Source of the DNA: Mycobacteriales bacterium | Lineage (GTDB): Bacteria > Actinomycetota > Actinomycetes > Mycobacteriales > SCTD01 | NCBI GenBank assembly: GCA_046594005.1 | Contig: JBKJQM010000293.1 | Coordinates: 1 to 32,945 of the forward strand | Direction of reading: 5' to 3' | Length of the DNA: 32,945 bases | The notes under the pieces: model-generated | The model's database searches: none | Told to the model about the DNA's origin: nothing | What the model saw: only the letters and a program-made list of their open reading frames with translations | Shown: positions 16,428 through 24,114 of the stretch, in pieces | How the letters are laid out: every line of letters starts with the position of its first letter | How positions within the stretch are numbered: position 1 is the first letter of the stretch | Program-made: the position numbers and the translations under genes

Positions 16428-18676
16428 GGCCGCGGTCCCGCGAGCTGCACCGGCTGCCGTCCGCCCGTGCGGATGGACCGGTAGACCGCGTCGACGACGG
16501 CCTGCACGGCGAGCCCGTCCGCGGCGGTGACGTCAGGCTGGCGCCCCTCGAGGACGCACGCCGCGAAGCGCTCGACGAAGGCGGTGCGCTCGTCCACCGG
16601 CACGGCCGGGAGCGTGTTCCACCTGCCGGGGAGCAGGCCCGGCAGCGCGCGCTCGGTGTACAGCCGCGGCTCCGGTTCGAGCTGCACGGTGCCGATCTCT
16701 CCCCACAGCTCCAGGCGCGATGCCGGTGCACCGCGCGTGCTGGCCGAGCCGAGCAGCGTGCCGACCGCTCCTCCTTCGAAGCGCACGCTCACCGCGACCG
16801 AGTCCTCCACGTCCCGTCCGGCGGCCTGGCGGGCGACGGCGCTCACCTCCACGGCGTCGCACCCGCTGACGAAGCGGAGCAGGTCCACGTGGTGCGCCAA
16901 GTTCATGATCATGACACCCCCGCCGGCACGGGCCCGGCTGGAACGCCAGTCGGAGGCAGCCCTGCCGGAGAAGCCGCCCTGCCAGTACGACGGTGGCTTG
17001 TCGGCGTGGAAGACGACGGCTGCCCCCTGGAAGGCGCCGAGCGCGCCGGAGCGCACCAGCGCCCGGGCTGCCGCCGGCGCAGCCTCGTAGCGGTAGGGGA
17101 AGCAGACCGACAGCGTCACTCCGGCACGCTCGGCGACCTCGACCGCAGCCAGGGCCGCGGCCAGGTCGACGGCCAGGGGCTTCTCCACCACGATGTGGAG
17201 GCCGGCGAGCGCCGCCTGCTCGACCAGGGGCAGGTGCAGGTCGTGCGGGACGGAGAGCAGGACGGCGTCCACGCGCGCCGGGTCGAGCGCCTGCTCGAGC
17301 GTGGCCACGACCCGCCCGCCGTACTCCGCCGCCACCGCCGCTGCCAGCGCGGGCTCGGTGTCGTGGACGAGGACCAGCTCGGTGTTGGCCGCCCGCGACA
17401 CCGCTCGTGCGTTGCCGGCACCGATGTCGCCACAGCCGACGAGCGCGAAGCGCAGCGGACGACGGGACGGGACCGGCCGCGAGGGCGAGGGTGCAGGGAC
17501 CGTGCCGACCAGAGCGGGCAGCACCGGTCGCTGGGCCGGCGACCGCAGCTGCGACCGCTGGCCGGAGGACAGCAGTCGCCAGTCGAGGTGCGCCGAGCGC
17601 AGACCGCCCTCGGCGAGCCGCCGGTAGACCAGCCCGATCTCCCGGGGGTCCACGGCCTCGCCGGCCAGATCCGCGGCCGGCAGCGTGCCGGCGGCGACGC
17701 CGTCCAGGAAGTCCAGGGCCAGAGCCCGGAAGGGATCGTCCGGCACCCTCTTGGCCTCCGTCGCCAGCGCACTCACGTGGGCGCCCACGAGCCGGACCCG
17801 ACGCTCCTGCAGCTCGGCCACAGGGACGGATCGCGAGACACCCCGGGAGGACCCGAGCAGCACCACGGTGCCGCCGTCCCGCGCCGCGGCCACCGCACCG
17901 CCGACGGCTGCGGGGTCGCCGGTCGCCTCGATGACCACGGCGGCTGCGAGATCCGTCAGCCCGGCCTCCACGAGGCGGAACCCCGCTCCTGACCGGGCCA
18001 CGGTGTCGGCGTGGCGCCCGGTGCGGGCGACGACCGTCAGGGGGCCCGCCCCCGCCTGACGGGCGAGTCGCAGCGCGAGCGCACCGATGGGCCCGCTGCC
18101 GAGCACGCACAGCGGCTCGCCCGGCACGAGCTGCGCCCGGCGCACCCCGTACCCGCTGATGATGGCCAGGTAGACCAGTGCCGCCTGCTCGACGGGGACG
18201 CCGTCCGGCACGCGCACCGCCCAGGCCGCCGGCACGGTCGCCACGGACGCGTGCGGCGCGCGCGGCACCGCCACGAGGTCTCCGACCGACAGCCCCTGGA
18301 CGTCGGGTCCGACGGCGAGGACGTGGCCCGCTCCCGAGTAGCCGGGCCGGTAGGGCAGCTCCGGCTGGGCGTGCGGGAGCCGGAGCCACTGCGCACGCTC
18401 GGTGCCGGGGCTGATCGACGACACCACGAGCTCGACGGTCACCTCGCCAGGGCCGGCCAGCGGCACCTCCACCGGGACCAGCTCGGCGCGGCCGACGCGC
18501 GGCACGAGGACGCCCACGCCGGCGACCGAGCCGCGGCGACCGCGGGTCTGGCGACGAACCCGCACCCAGTCGCGCACCGGACTGCGCGCGACCACGAGGT
18601 CCGGGCCTGTGTACCCCTGACGGATCAGGACCAGGTCGACGGCTCGCCCTGCCAGCTCCTTCGCCCGACTGACCAC
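16424..18676 (-). CDS. Two-domain oxidoreductase: N-terminal MDR/ADH-like domain fused to a C-terminal Gfo/Idh/MocA domain
   Basis: 750 aa. The N-terminal domain has SSISPGTE (no Cys zinc ligands), GYSGAG and VLGSGPIGALA. The C-terminal domain has FALVGCGDIGAGN (Rossmann), VVEKPLA (EKP motif) and MIMNLAHHVD. Confidence 0.85.
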   Translation of the reverse strand: MVSRAKELAGRAVDLVLIRQGYTGPDLVVARSPVRDWVRVRRQTRGRRGSVAGVGVLVPRVGRAELVPVEVPLAGPGEVTVELVVSSISPGTERAQWLRLPHAQPELPYRPGYSGAGHVLAVGPDVQGLSVGDLVAVPRAPHASVATVPAAWAVRVPDGVPVEQAALVYLAIISGYGVRRAQLVPGEPLCVLGSGPIGALALRLARQAGAGPLTVVARTGRHADTVARSGAGFRLVEAGLTDLAAAVVIEATGDPAAVGGAVAAARDGGTVVLLGSSRGVSRSVPVAELQERRVRLVGAHVSALATEAKRVPDDPFRALALDFLDGVAAGTLPAADLAGEAVDPREIGLVYRRLAEGGLRSAHLDWRLLSSGQRSQLRSPAQRPVLPALVGTVPAPSPSRPVPSRRPLRFALVGCGDIGAGNARAVSRAANTELVLVHDTEPALAAAVAAEYGGRVVATLEQALDPARVDAVLLSVPHDLHLPLVEQAALAGLHIVVEKPLAVDLAAALAAVEVAERAGVTLSVCFPYRYEAAPAAARALVRSGALGAFQGAAVVFHADKPPSYWQGGFSGRAASDWRSSRARAGGGVMIMNLAHHVDLLRFVSGCDAVEVSAVARQAAGRDVEDSVAVSVRFEGGAVGTLLGSASTRGAPASRLELWGEIGTVQLEPEPRLYTERALPGLLPGRWNTLPAVPVDERTAFVERFAACVLEGRQPDVTAADGLAVQAVVDAVYRSIRTGGRQPVQLAGPRP

Positions 18677-18699
18677 GCGGTGAGGATGGCACCTGCCGC

Positions 18700-19464
18700 T
18701 CAGCGCCGAAGCAGGCCGGTCGGGAGAGCGGTCGCCGCGCGGACGGCCAGGGACGGCCGCTGCCGCAGCCGCAGCCGCACGGGACGACCGTCCACCAGGA
18801 CCTCGCGCAGACCGGGGCCGACCTCACGGCCGCCAGCGATGTGCTCGGCCCACCACACGTTGGAGGACACGAACTCCAGCGGCTCGACCAGGCGCTGCTC
18901 ACGCAGGGGCTGCGTGCCGTAGGCGGCCAGGGCGCGCTGCAGCTGCGCCTGCGACGACCAGCCCTCGGTGCCCTCGGGGTCCCCGACGTGCTCGCGCGGT
19001 GCACGGGCCGGCGAGTGAGCTGCCTCGAAGTCGTAGGCGCCACGCCCGAAGATGAGCACCAGGTTCCGCTCCGTCTCCAGCATCGAGTCGCTCGCGTGCA
19101 CGCGGTAGCCACCGCCGGTCCAGCGCCGGTACCGCAGGCGCGCGTCGTAGACGTTGGTGTTCAGCACCCGCCGGCCCCGGCCCGTGCGCCGCAGGCCGAA
19201 CCGCGGCCTGGTGTCCTCGACGACCACCGCGAGGAACGGCCCGGTCCCGCAGTGCAGCTCCTTGTCCGACCCCGGTGGAAGCGCGTCGCCGTACATCCTG
19301 GTCAGGCTCCGCGCGAAGCGCTCGTCGGGCGTCCAGGTCACCTCGACGACGTCGAGGACGCGGAAGCGCGTCGCCAGGTCCTCGAGGATCCTGCGCTCCT
19401 GTGCCCGGGCTTCGGACCACACGACGAAGACGTAGCGCGGCCGACGCGCGGCCGTCGTCAGCAT
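18700..19464 (-). CDS. Hypothetical protein; the N-terminal roughly 140 aa show nucleoside-diphosphate-kinase-like motifs and the C-terminal roughly 110 aa are of unknown function
   Basis: ATG at 19464, 4 nt after the upstream stop. The frame is clean and GC3 is high. TGPFLAVVVED and YRVHASDSMLETERNLVLIF resemble the NDK motifs SGPVVAMVWEG and N.IHGSDS.ESA.REI.LWF. This is a by-eye similarity only. Confidence 0.7.
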   Translation of the reverse strand: MLTTAARRPRYVFVVWSEARAQERRILEDLATRFRVLDVVEVTWTPDERFARSLTRMYGDALPPGSDKELHCGTGPFLAVVVEDTRPRFGLRRTGRGRRVLNTNVYDARLRYRRWTGGGYRVHASDSMLETERNLVLIFGRGAYDFEAAHSPARAPREHVGDPEGTEGWSSQAQLQRALAAYGTQPLREQRLVEPLEFVSSNVWWAEHIAGGREVGPGLREVLVDGRPVRLRLRQRPSLAVRAATALPTGLLRR

Positions 19465-19468
19465 CGGG

Positions 19469-20152
19469 TCATCCCGGTCGCCGTACGCACGCGCCGACGA
19501 CGAGGGGCCGTTCGTCGTCCTGCTGGGCGAGCGTGCCGTCCCGCAGGTCCTCGGCCGCGAGCCCGAACAGGAAGGCCCGGCCGGCCAGCCCGTTCCCCAG
19601 TCCGCTGACCTCCGTCACCGACCCCTCCGGGACGACCGTCGAGAGCAGCTGCCGCATGCCGGCCGGCGTCCACCTCCAGAGGTCGTGCGTGCCGTCCACC
19701 CGGCTCAAGCAGGGGACCGTCAGCAGGAGCGCGCCACCCGGGCGCAGGCCGCGCACGAGGTTCGCTACGGCGGTAGCCGGGTCCGAGAGGAACTGCAGGG
19801 TCTGGGTGACCACGGCGGCGTCGTACGACATGGGCGGCAGCGTGAGGGGGTTGCAGAGGTCCCCGACGATGGTCGCTCTCGCGTTCGAGGGGTCGTTGTC
19901 GACGATCTCGACCGCGTCCGCGCCCAGCCGCGAGGCGTAGCGGTCGTCCTTCACCTCGAGCACTCGGCCGCGCACGCAGGACCGGTGGGCCTGCAGGTAG
20001 CGCTCGATGTACCACCGGTCGACAGGGGTCCCGCGTTGGGAACCCCACCGCGTGAGCGCGCGCACGCGACCGAGGGACCCGAAGCGGCCCATGAGCACGA
20101 GCCGCTCGGCGCCGGCCACGTGCTGCACCGCCCTGCGTGCGAGGGTCCTCAC
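19469..20152 (-). CDS. Class I SAM-dependent methyltransferase
   Basis: The GTG at 20152 overlaps the upstream TGA (GTGA). Supporting motifs are GTPVDRWYIERYL, RVLEVKDDRY, DAAVVTQTLQFLSDP and LRPGGALLLTVP. Confidence 0.8.
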   Translation of the reverse strand: MRTLARRAVQHVAGAERLVLMGRFGSLGRVRALTRWGSQRGTPVDRWYIERYLQAHRSCVRGRVLEVKDDRYASRLGADAVEIVDNDPSNARATIVGDLCNPLTLPPMSYDAAVVTQTLQFLSDPATAVANLVRGLRPGGALLLTVPCLSRVDGTHDLWRWTPAGMRQLLSTVVPEGSVTEVSGLGNGLAGRAFLFGLAAEDLRDGTLAQQDDERPLVVGACVRRPG

Positions 20153-21093
20153 GCGTCCGCCCCGCGCCGGCTCCGGAGCCTCCACCGACCCCGAGAGGAG
20201 GCCGGCAGCAGCTCCGCGAGCCGGGCCGCGAGCTCGGCGCCCGACCAGTCCCTCACGTTGAGCCGCGGCAACCGGTGCGCGTCGACGCGGCCGCTCACGG
20301 CGCGCCGCTCGGTGGTGCAGGCCACCGCGCACCCCGCCTCCTGCGACAGACGAGGAGCCAGGTCGCCGACCGCGCGAGCGGTCCCGAAGGGGTAGGCGAA
20401 GGTGGTGACGGGCCGGCCGAGGAGCTGCGAGAGGTCCTGCACCGAGCCGAGGATCTCGGACCGCTGCAGCGCCTCGGACTGGCCGGCCAGCTGGAGGTGG
20501 GTGCGGGTGTGCGCGCCGATCTGCGCGTGCTGCAGGCGGGCGAGCCCGCTGACCTGCTCGTCCGTCATCGAGCGCTCGTCAACGGGCGGGGCGGGCGCGT
20601 CGAGCCGCTGCGCGACCTCCTCGACCACGGCTACCACCTCGTCCGGGGGCAGCGGTCGCAGACGCCGGTGCAGGAAGCGCAGCGAGGTCTCCCGGGCACG
20701 GCTGTCGTTCAGCGCCAGCCACAGGGGACGGCCGGCCACGCGGACGTCGATGCCCTCAGACATCGGCCGGTCCGCCAGGAGGGCAGTGGCCAGCTCGTCC
20801 CACCAGAACGCCCGGCCACCCAGCCGCCCCGTGGTGATGAAGTACGTCGCGGGCAGCCCGGCCTGCTCGAGCACCGGCGCTGCCGTCGTCGCGTTGTCCG
20901 CGTAGCCGTCGTCGAAGGTGATGGCGACCGTCGGGGTGCGACCCGTGCCCATCACCTCCTCCAGGGGCACGACGCAGCCGAGCCTGCCGAGGTGCTCGGC
21001 GTGCTCAGCGAAGCGCTCCGGGTGCACGGCCAGGCCGTAGGGGTCGTTCCGCACCGCTGCGATGCGGTGGTACATGAGGACGACCCCGCTCAC
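20149..21093 (-). CDS. Polysaccharide deacetylase, CE4 / NodB homology domain
   Basis: The GTG at 21093 overlaps the upstream TGA (GTGA). Supporting motifs are VVLMYHRI, AITFDDGYADN, GAHTRTH and FAYPFG. Confidence 0.85.
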   Translation of the reverse strand: MSGVVLMYHRIAAVRNDPYGLAVHPERFAEHAEHLGRLGCVVPLEEVMGTGRTPTVAITFDDGYADNATTAAPVLEQAGLPATYFITTGRLGGRAFWWDELATALLADRPMSEGIDVRVAGRPLWLALNDSRARETSLRFLHRRLRPLPPDEVVAVVEEVAQRLDAPAPPVDERSMTDEQVSGLARLQHAQIGAHTRTHLQLAGQSEALQRSEILGSVQDLSQLLGRPVTTFAYPFGTARAVGDLAPRLSQEAGCAVACTTERRAVSGRVDAHRLPRLNVRDWSGAELAARLAELLPASSRGRWRLRSRRGADA

Positions 21094-21584
21094 CCCGGCA
21101 CCTCGGCGATCCACAACCGGCGGCGACCCCCACCGTGCACGGCGACGACGCGGGTCTGCTCCCGGAGCGCCCGGAGCTCCGGGCCGTCCTCGGACCATGC
21201 GGCCCGGTCCAGCAGCACCAGGAGGCCCGCCGCCCGGCTCGCCGGCAGCACCGCGCGCAGCCTGCCCCGGAGGTCGGCTCCCGGATCGAGCACGACCACC
21301 GTGTCCCACCGTGCAGCCGGCAGCGATGCGCTGCCATCGACCCTCGAGCAGACGGTCACCTCGTGCATGTGCGGGCTCGTCCCGGCGACGTCGACCTCCA
21401 CCGACGGGAGCGCCTGCCGGGCGGCGAGCCCGGCACCCACCACCAGGACGCTCCCCAGGTCGAGGGTGGACAGGGCGCGCCGCAGCAGGCGGCGGTTGGC
21501 CGCCACGTCCCCCACCGGCACGGCGCGCTCTCCCAGCCAGCTGCCGGCGAGCTCGCGCACGAGCGCCCTCGCGCGGAAGGTCAC
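21090..21584 (-). CDS. Small Rossmann/methyltransferase-like protein (164 aa), function unknown
   Basis: The GTG at 21584 overlaps the upstream TGA (GTGA). GC3 is very high. Supporting motifs are SVLVVGAGLAARQ, WDTVVVLDPGADL and LRAVLPASRAAGLLVLLD. Confidence 0.55.
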   Translation of the reverse strand: MTFRARALVRELAGSWLGERAVPVGDVAANRRLLRRALSTLDLGSVLVVGAGLAARQALPSVEVDVAGTSPHMHEVTVCSRVDGSASLPAARWDTVVVLDPGADLRGRLRAVLPASRAAGLLVLLDRAAWSEDGPELRALREQTRVVAVHGGGRRRLWIAEVPG

Positions 21585-22543
21585 CGTGTGCCGTCCCGGA
21601 GCGCGCGGCGCGGGACGGCAGCCAGGAAGAGGGTCGCACGGGCCCTGGTCGAGGCGCGCCGCCCGCTCGCGGCCCGCAGCGCGAGACGGGTGGCACGAGG
21701 ATCCTGCGCGCTCCGGGCCGCGCGCGCGAGGCGCTCGCGCCACTCCTGCTCGGTGCGCTGGAGCTGCCGACGCTGGCGCCTGTCCCGCGCGAGCGGTCGG
21801 CTGTGCTGCAGCACCGCGAGCACGCCCAGGGAGAGCGCCAGCTTGTCGCCCGTCAGGCTCCGCGTGCGGCGGCGGTACTCGTACAGGGGCTCACGGACGA
21901 GCCCTGCGCGGTGTCCGGACAGCAGGAGGCGGAGCCACAGGTCCCAGTCCTCCGCGGACCGAGCACCGTCGCGGTAGCCGCCGGCACGGCGGAAGGCGTC
22001 GGCCCTGACGGCCCCTGCTCCGAGGATGAAGTTGCTCCGCAGGATGCCCAGCTCCTGGTCCTGCGTGCAGAACTCGCGGACGTCGTAGTAGGTCCGCTCG
22101 TCGGGGCGACCGTCGCGGACCACGACGGCGTCCGTCGTGAGCACGGCGAGGTCCGGTCGTGCGGCGGCCGCGGCCGTCAGCGCCGCCGCGCGGCCGGGGA
22201 GCCACACGTCGTCGGCGTCCAGGAGCGCGAGCAGGTCCCCCTGCGCCGCGGCGGCGGCCCGGTTGCGCGCCGTTGCCAGCCCGGCGTTCGGTCCTCGGAC
22301 CAGGCGGATGTGGCGTGCGAAGGGTGCGAGTGCACGGTCGATGTTGTCCGTGGAGCCGTCGTCGCTGACGACGACCTCGTCAGGAGGCGGCGACTGAGTG
22401 AGAAGCGACTCCAGCGCCTCACCGACCGTGTGGGCGCCCTCGTACACCGGCACCAGGACCGACAGCCTGGGTAGCGGGCCGGGCCTGGTGCCGGGCGGCG
22501 GTGCCGGCGCCGAGAGCAGCAGCGGGTCGCGCATCACGGCCAT
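21581..22543 (-). CDS. Glycosyltransferase family 2 (GT-A)
   Basis: ATG at 22543. Supporting motifs are LSVLVPVYEG, VVVSDDGSTD, ATARNRA, LLDADDVW and SAEDWDLWLRL. Confidence 0.85.
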   Translation of the reverse strand: MAVMRDPLLLSAPAPPPGTRPGPLPRLSVLVPVYEGAHTVGEALESLLTQSPPPDEVVVSDDGSTDNIDRALAPFARHIRLVRGPNAGLATARNRAAAAAQGDLLALLDADDVWLPGRAAALTAAAAARPDLAVLTTDAVVVRDGRPDERTYYDVREFCTQDQELGILRSNFILGAGAVRADAFRRAGGYRDGARSAEDWDLWLRLLLSGHRAGLVREPLYEYRRRTRSLTGDKLALSLGVLAVLQHSRPLARDRRQRRQLQRTEQEWRERLARAARSAQDPRATRLALRAASGRRASTRARATLFLAAVPRRALRDGTR

Positions 22544-22653
22544 CCCGCGCCCCGCCTGCGGTCCACGCGCCCATGCTACGAGCGGCCGGCAGCCCGTGGT
22601 GGAATGCGGCGCATGCTCGTCTCCCGCGCCGGCAGCGACGGGGGCCGGCTGCC
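22544..22653. promoter_or_regulatory. Divergent intergenic region (presumed bidirectional promoter)
   Basis: Positional only: a 110-nt gap between back-to-back GT2 genes. It contains two similar words, catgctacgag and catgctcgtc. Confidence 0.3.
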
Positions 22654-24105
22654 GTGACCGCTGCTGACGGCGTGCCGCTGGTGTCGGTCGTCATGCCGTT
22701 CAAGGACACGGCCGAGTTCCTCGAGGAAGCCGCTCAGAGCGCGCTCGACCAGACCTGGGCGTCGACCGAACTCGTCCTCGTCGACGACGGCGGGACCGAC
22801 GGCAGCGACGCAGTGGCCGAGGCCGTACGCGCACGCCACCCCGACCGGGTCCGGGTGGTGTCGCACCCGGGCCGCGCCAACCGCGGGATCGGGGCCAGCC
22901 GCCGGATCGGGTTCGCCGCGGCGCGCGGCGAGCTGCTCGCCAACCTCGATGCCGACGACGTCTGGGAGGTGTGCCACCTGGAGGACCAGGTACGGCTCCT
23001 GCTTCGTTCGCCAGGAGCCGGCGTGGTCCAGGGCCGCGCCTGGCACTGGTGGAGCTGGGCCGACCCGGATCGGCGGGACCTGCTGTTCCCGCCTGCCTTC
23101 GCGCCCGGCGTCGTCGTGCCGGGTGAGCGGGTGGTCGGCGCCGTCCTGCGCAACGGCGGCTACGCCGCCCCGCCGTGCAGCGTGCTGTTCCGGGCCTCGC
23201 TCCTCGGGGACTGGGCAGCGGTCATCGACGACTTCCCGGGGATGTACGAGGACCAGGTGCTGCACTCCGGCCTGCAGCTACGGGCCGGCGTCGTGATCAG
23301 CGGTGCCACCACGGCGTGGTACCGGCAGCACAGCCGGTCGATCAGCGCGCAGCAGCTGCTCCCCGATCCCGCGACCCGCTTCGACCGGGGGCGGCAGGCC
23401 TTCCTCGACTGGCTGGCCCGGCAGCCGCAGCTCGTCAACCCGGACGTGCGCGGGCAGCTGGCGCGCAACCGGCAGGAGCTCCGCGAGCGCTCGCAGCCGC
23501 CGGCGGCGGGACTCGTTCCGCCCCAGCCGGCCGCCCGGCCGGCTCGGCTGGCGCGGCGACTCGGCCGTGGGGCGCGTGCGGCTGCGGCTCGCGGCCGGAC
23601 CGCCGTGAGGACAGCGGACGCGCTCCGCCACGGCGGCTTGCAGCGGCTCGACCGACCCGCCCGCCGGGCCCGGCAGGAACGGCTGAGACTGGTCTTCCAG
23701 CGGCACGGCGCCGACCTGCGCGGTCGGGTCCTGCTGCTGGGTGCACTGGAGGACGTGCCCGTCGAGGTCCGGGCGGCCGCCGGCGAGCACCGTCGTGTCC
23801 CACCGGGGCCAGGCCGGCCTGGCCCGCACCACCCGCTGGCGTCGCTCCGCACCGGCGCCTACGACTGCGTCGTGCTCGTGGCCGACGTGGGAGGCGGCAA
23901 CTGCGGGCCCCACGACCTGCGCCACCTGCGCCGCGTGCTCGCCCCCGGCGGAGTCCTGCTGCTCGTCGCGTCCCCTCCCTACGACGACGTCGAGCGGACG
24001 GCCCGCGAGGTGTTCGACACCGACTGCCTGCACCTGTACTGGCAGGTCTCTCCCGGCCCGCCGGGACGACCGCTGCTCGCGCTTCGAGCTGCTGTTCCGG
24101 GCTGA
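22654..24105 (+). CDS. Glycosyltransferase family 2 fused through an Arg/Ala-rich linker to a C-terminal methyltransferase-like module
   Basis: GTG at 22654 within track ORF 22501..24105. An ATG at 22573 is an alternative start. GT2 motifs are VSVVMPFKD, LVLVDDGGTDGS and NLDADDVW. The tail has RVLLLGALED, YDCVVLVADV and LRRVLAPGGVLLLV. GC3 is lower in the last third, so the frame there is less certain. Confidence 0.75.
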   Translation: MTAADGVPLVSVVMPFKDTAEFLEEAAQSALDQTWASTELVLVDDGGTDGSDAVAEAVRARHPDRVRVVSHPGRANRGIGASRRIGFAAARGELLANLDADDVWEVCHLEDQVRLLLRSPGAGVVQGRAWHWWSWADPDRRDLLFPPAFAPGVVVPGERVVGAVLRNGGYAAPPCSVLFRASLLGDWAAVIDDFPGMYEDQVLHSGLQLRAGVVISGATTAWYRQHSRSISAQQLLPDPATRFDRGRQAFLDWLARQPQLVNPDVRGQLARNRQELRERSQPPAAGLVPPQPAARPARLARRLGRGARAAAARGRTAVRTADALRHGGLQRLDRPARRARQERLRLVFQRHGADLRGRVLLLGALEDVPVEVRAAAGEHRRVPPGPGRPGPHHPLASLRTGAYDCVVLVADVGGGNCGPHDLRHLRRVLAPGGVLLLVASPPYDDVERTAREVFDTDCLHLYWQVSPGPPGRPLLALRAAVPG

Positions 24106-24114
24106 TCGGCCCGC

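Noticed and set aside
14230-16731. N-terminal roughly 830 codons of track ORF 13288..16731 (1147 aa)
   Set aside because: Only the last 313 codons (from the GTG at 14229) look like a GT2. The upstream part is a shadow frame over the GT-C-like and oxidoreductase genes.
16533-19112. 859-aa ORF on the - strand, one of the longest in the track
   Set aside because: The composition is extremely Arg/Pro/Gly/Ala-rich with no motifs. It is an alternative frame of the same strand as the well-supported oxidoreductase and NDK-like genes. This is a typical high-GC shadow ORF.
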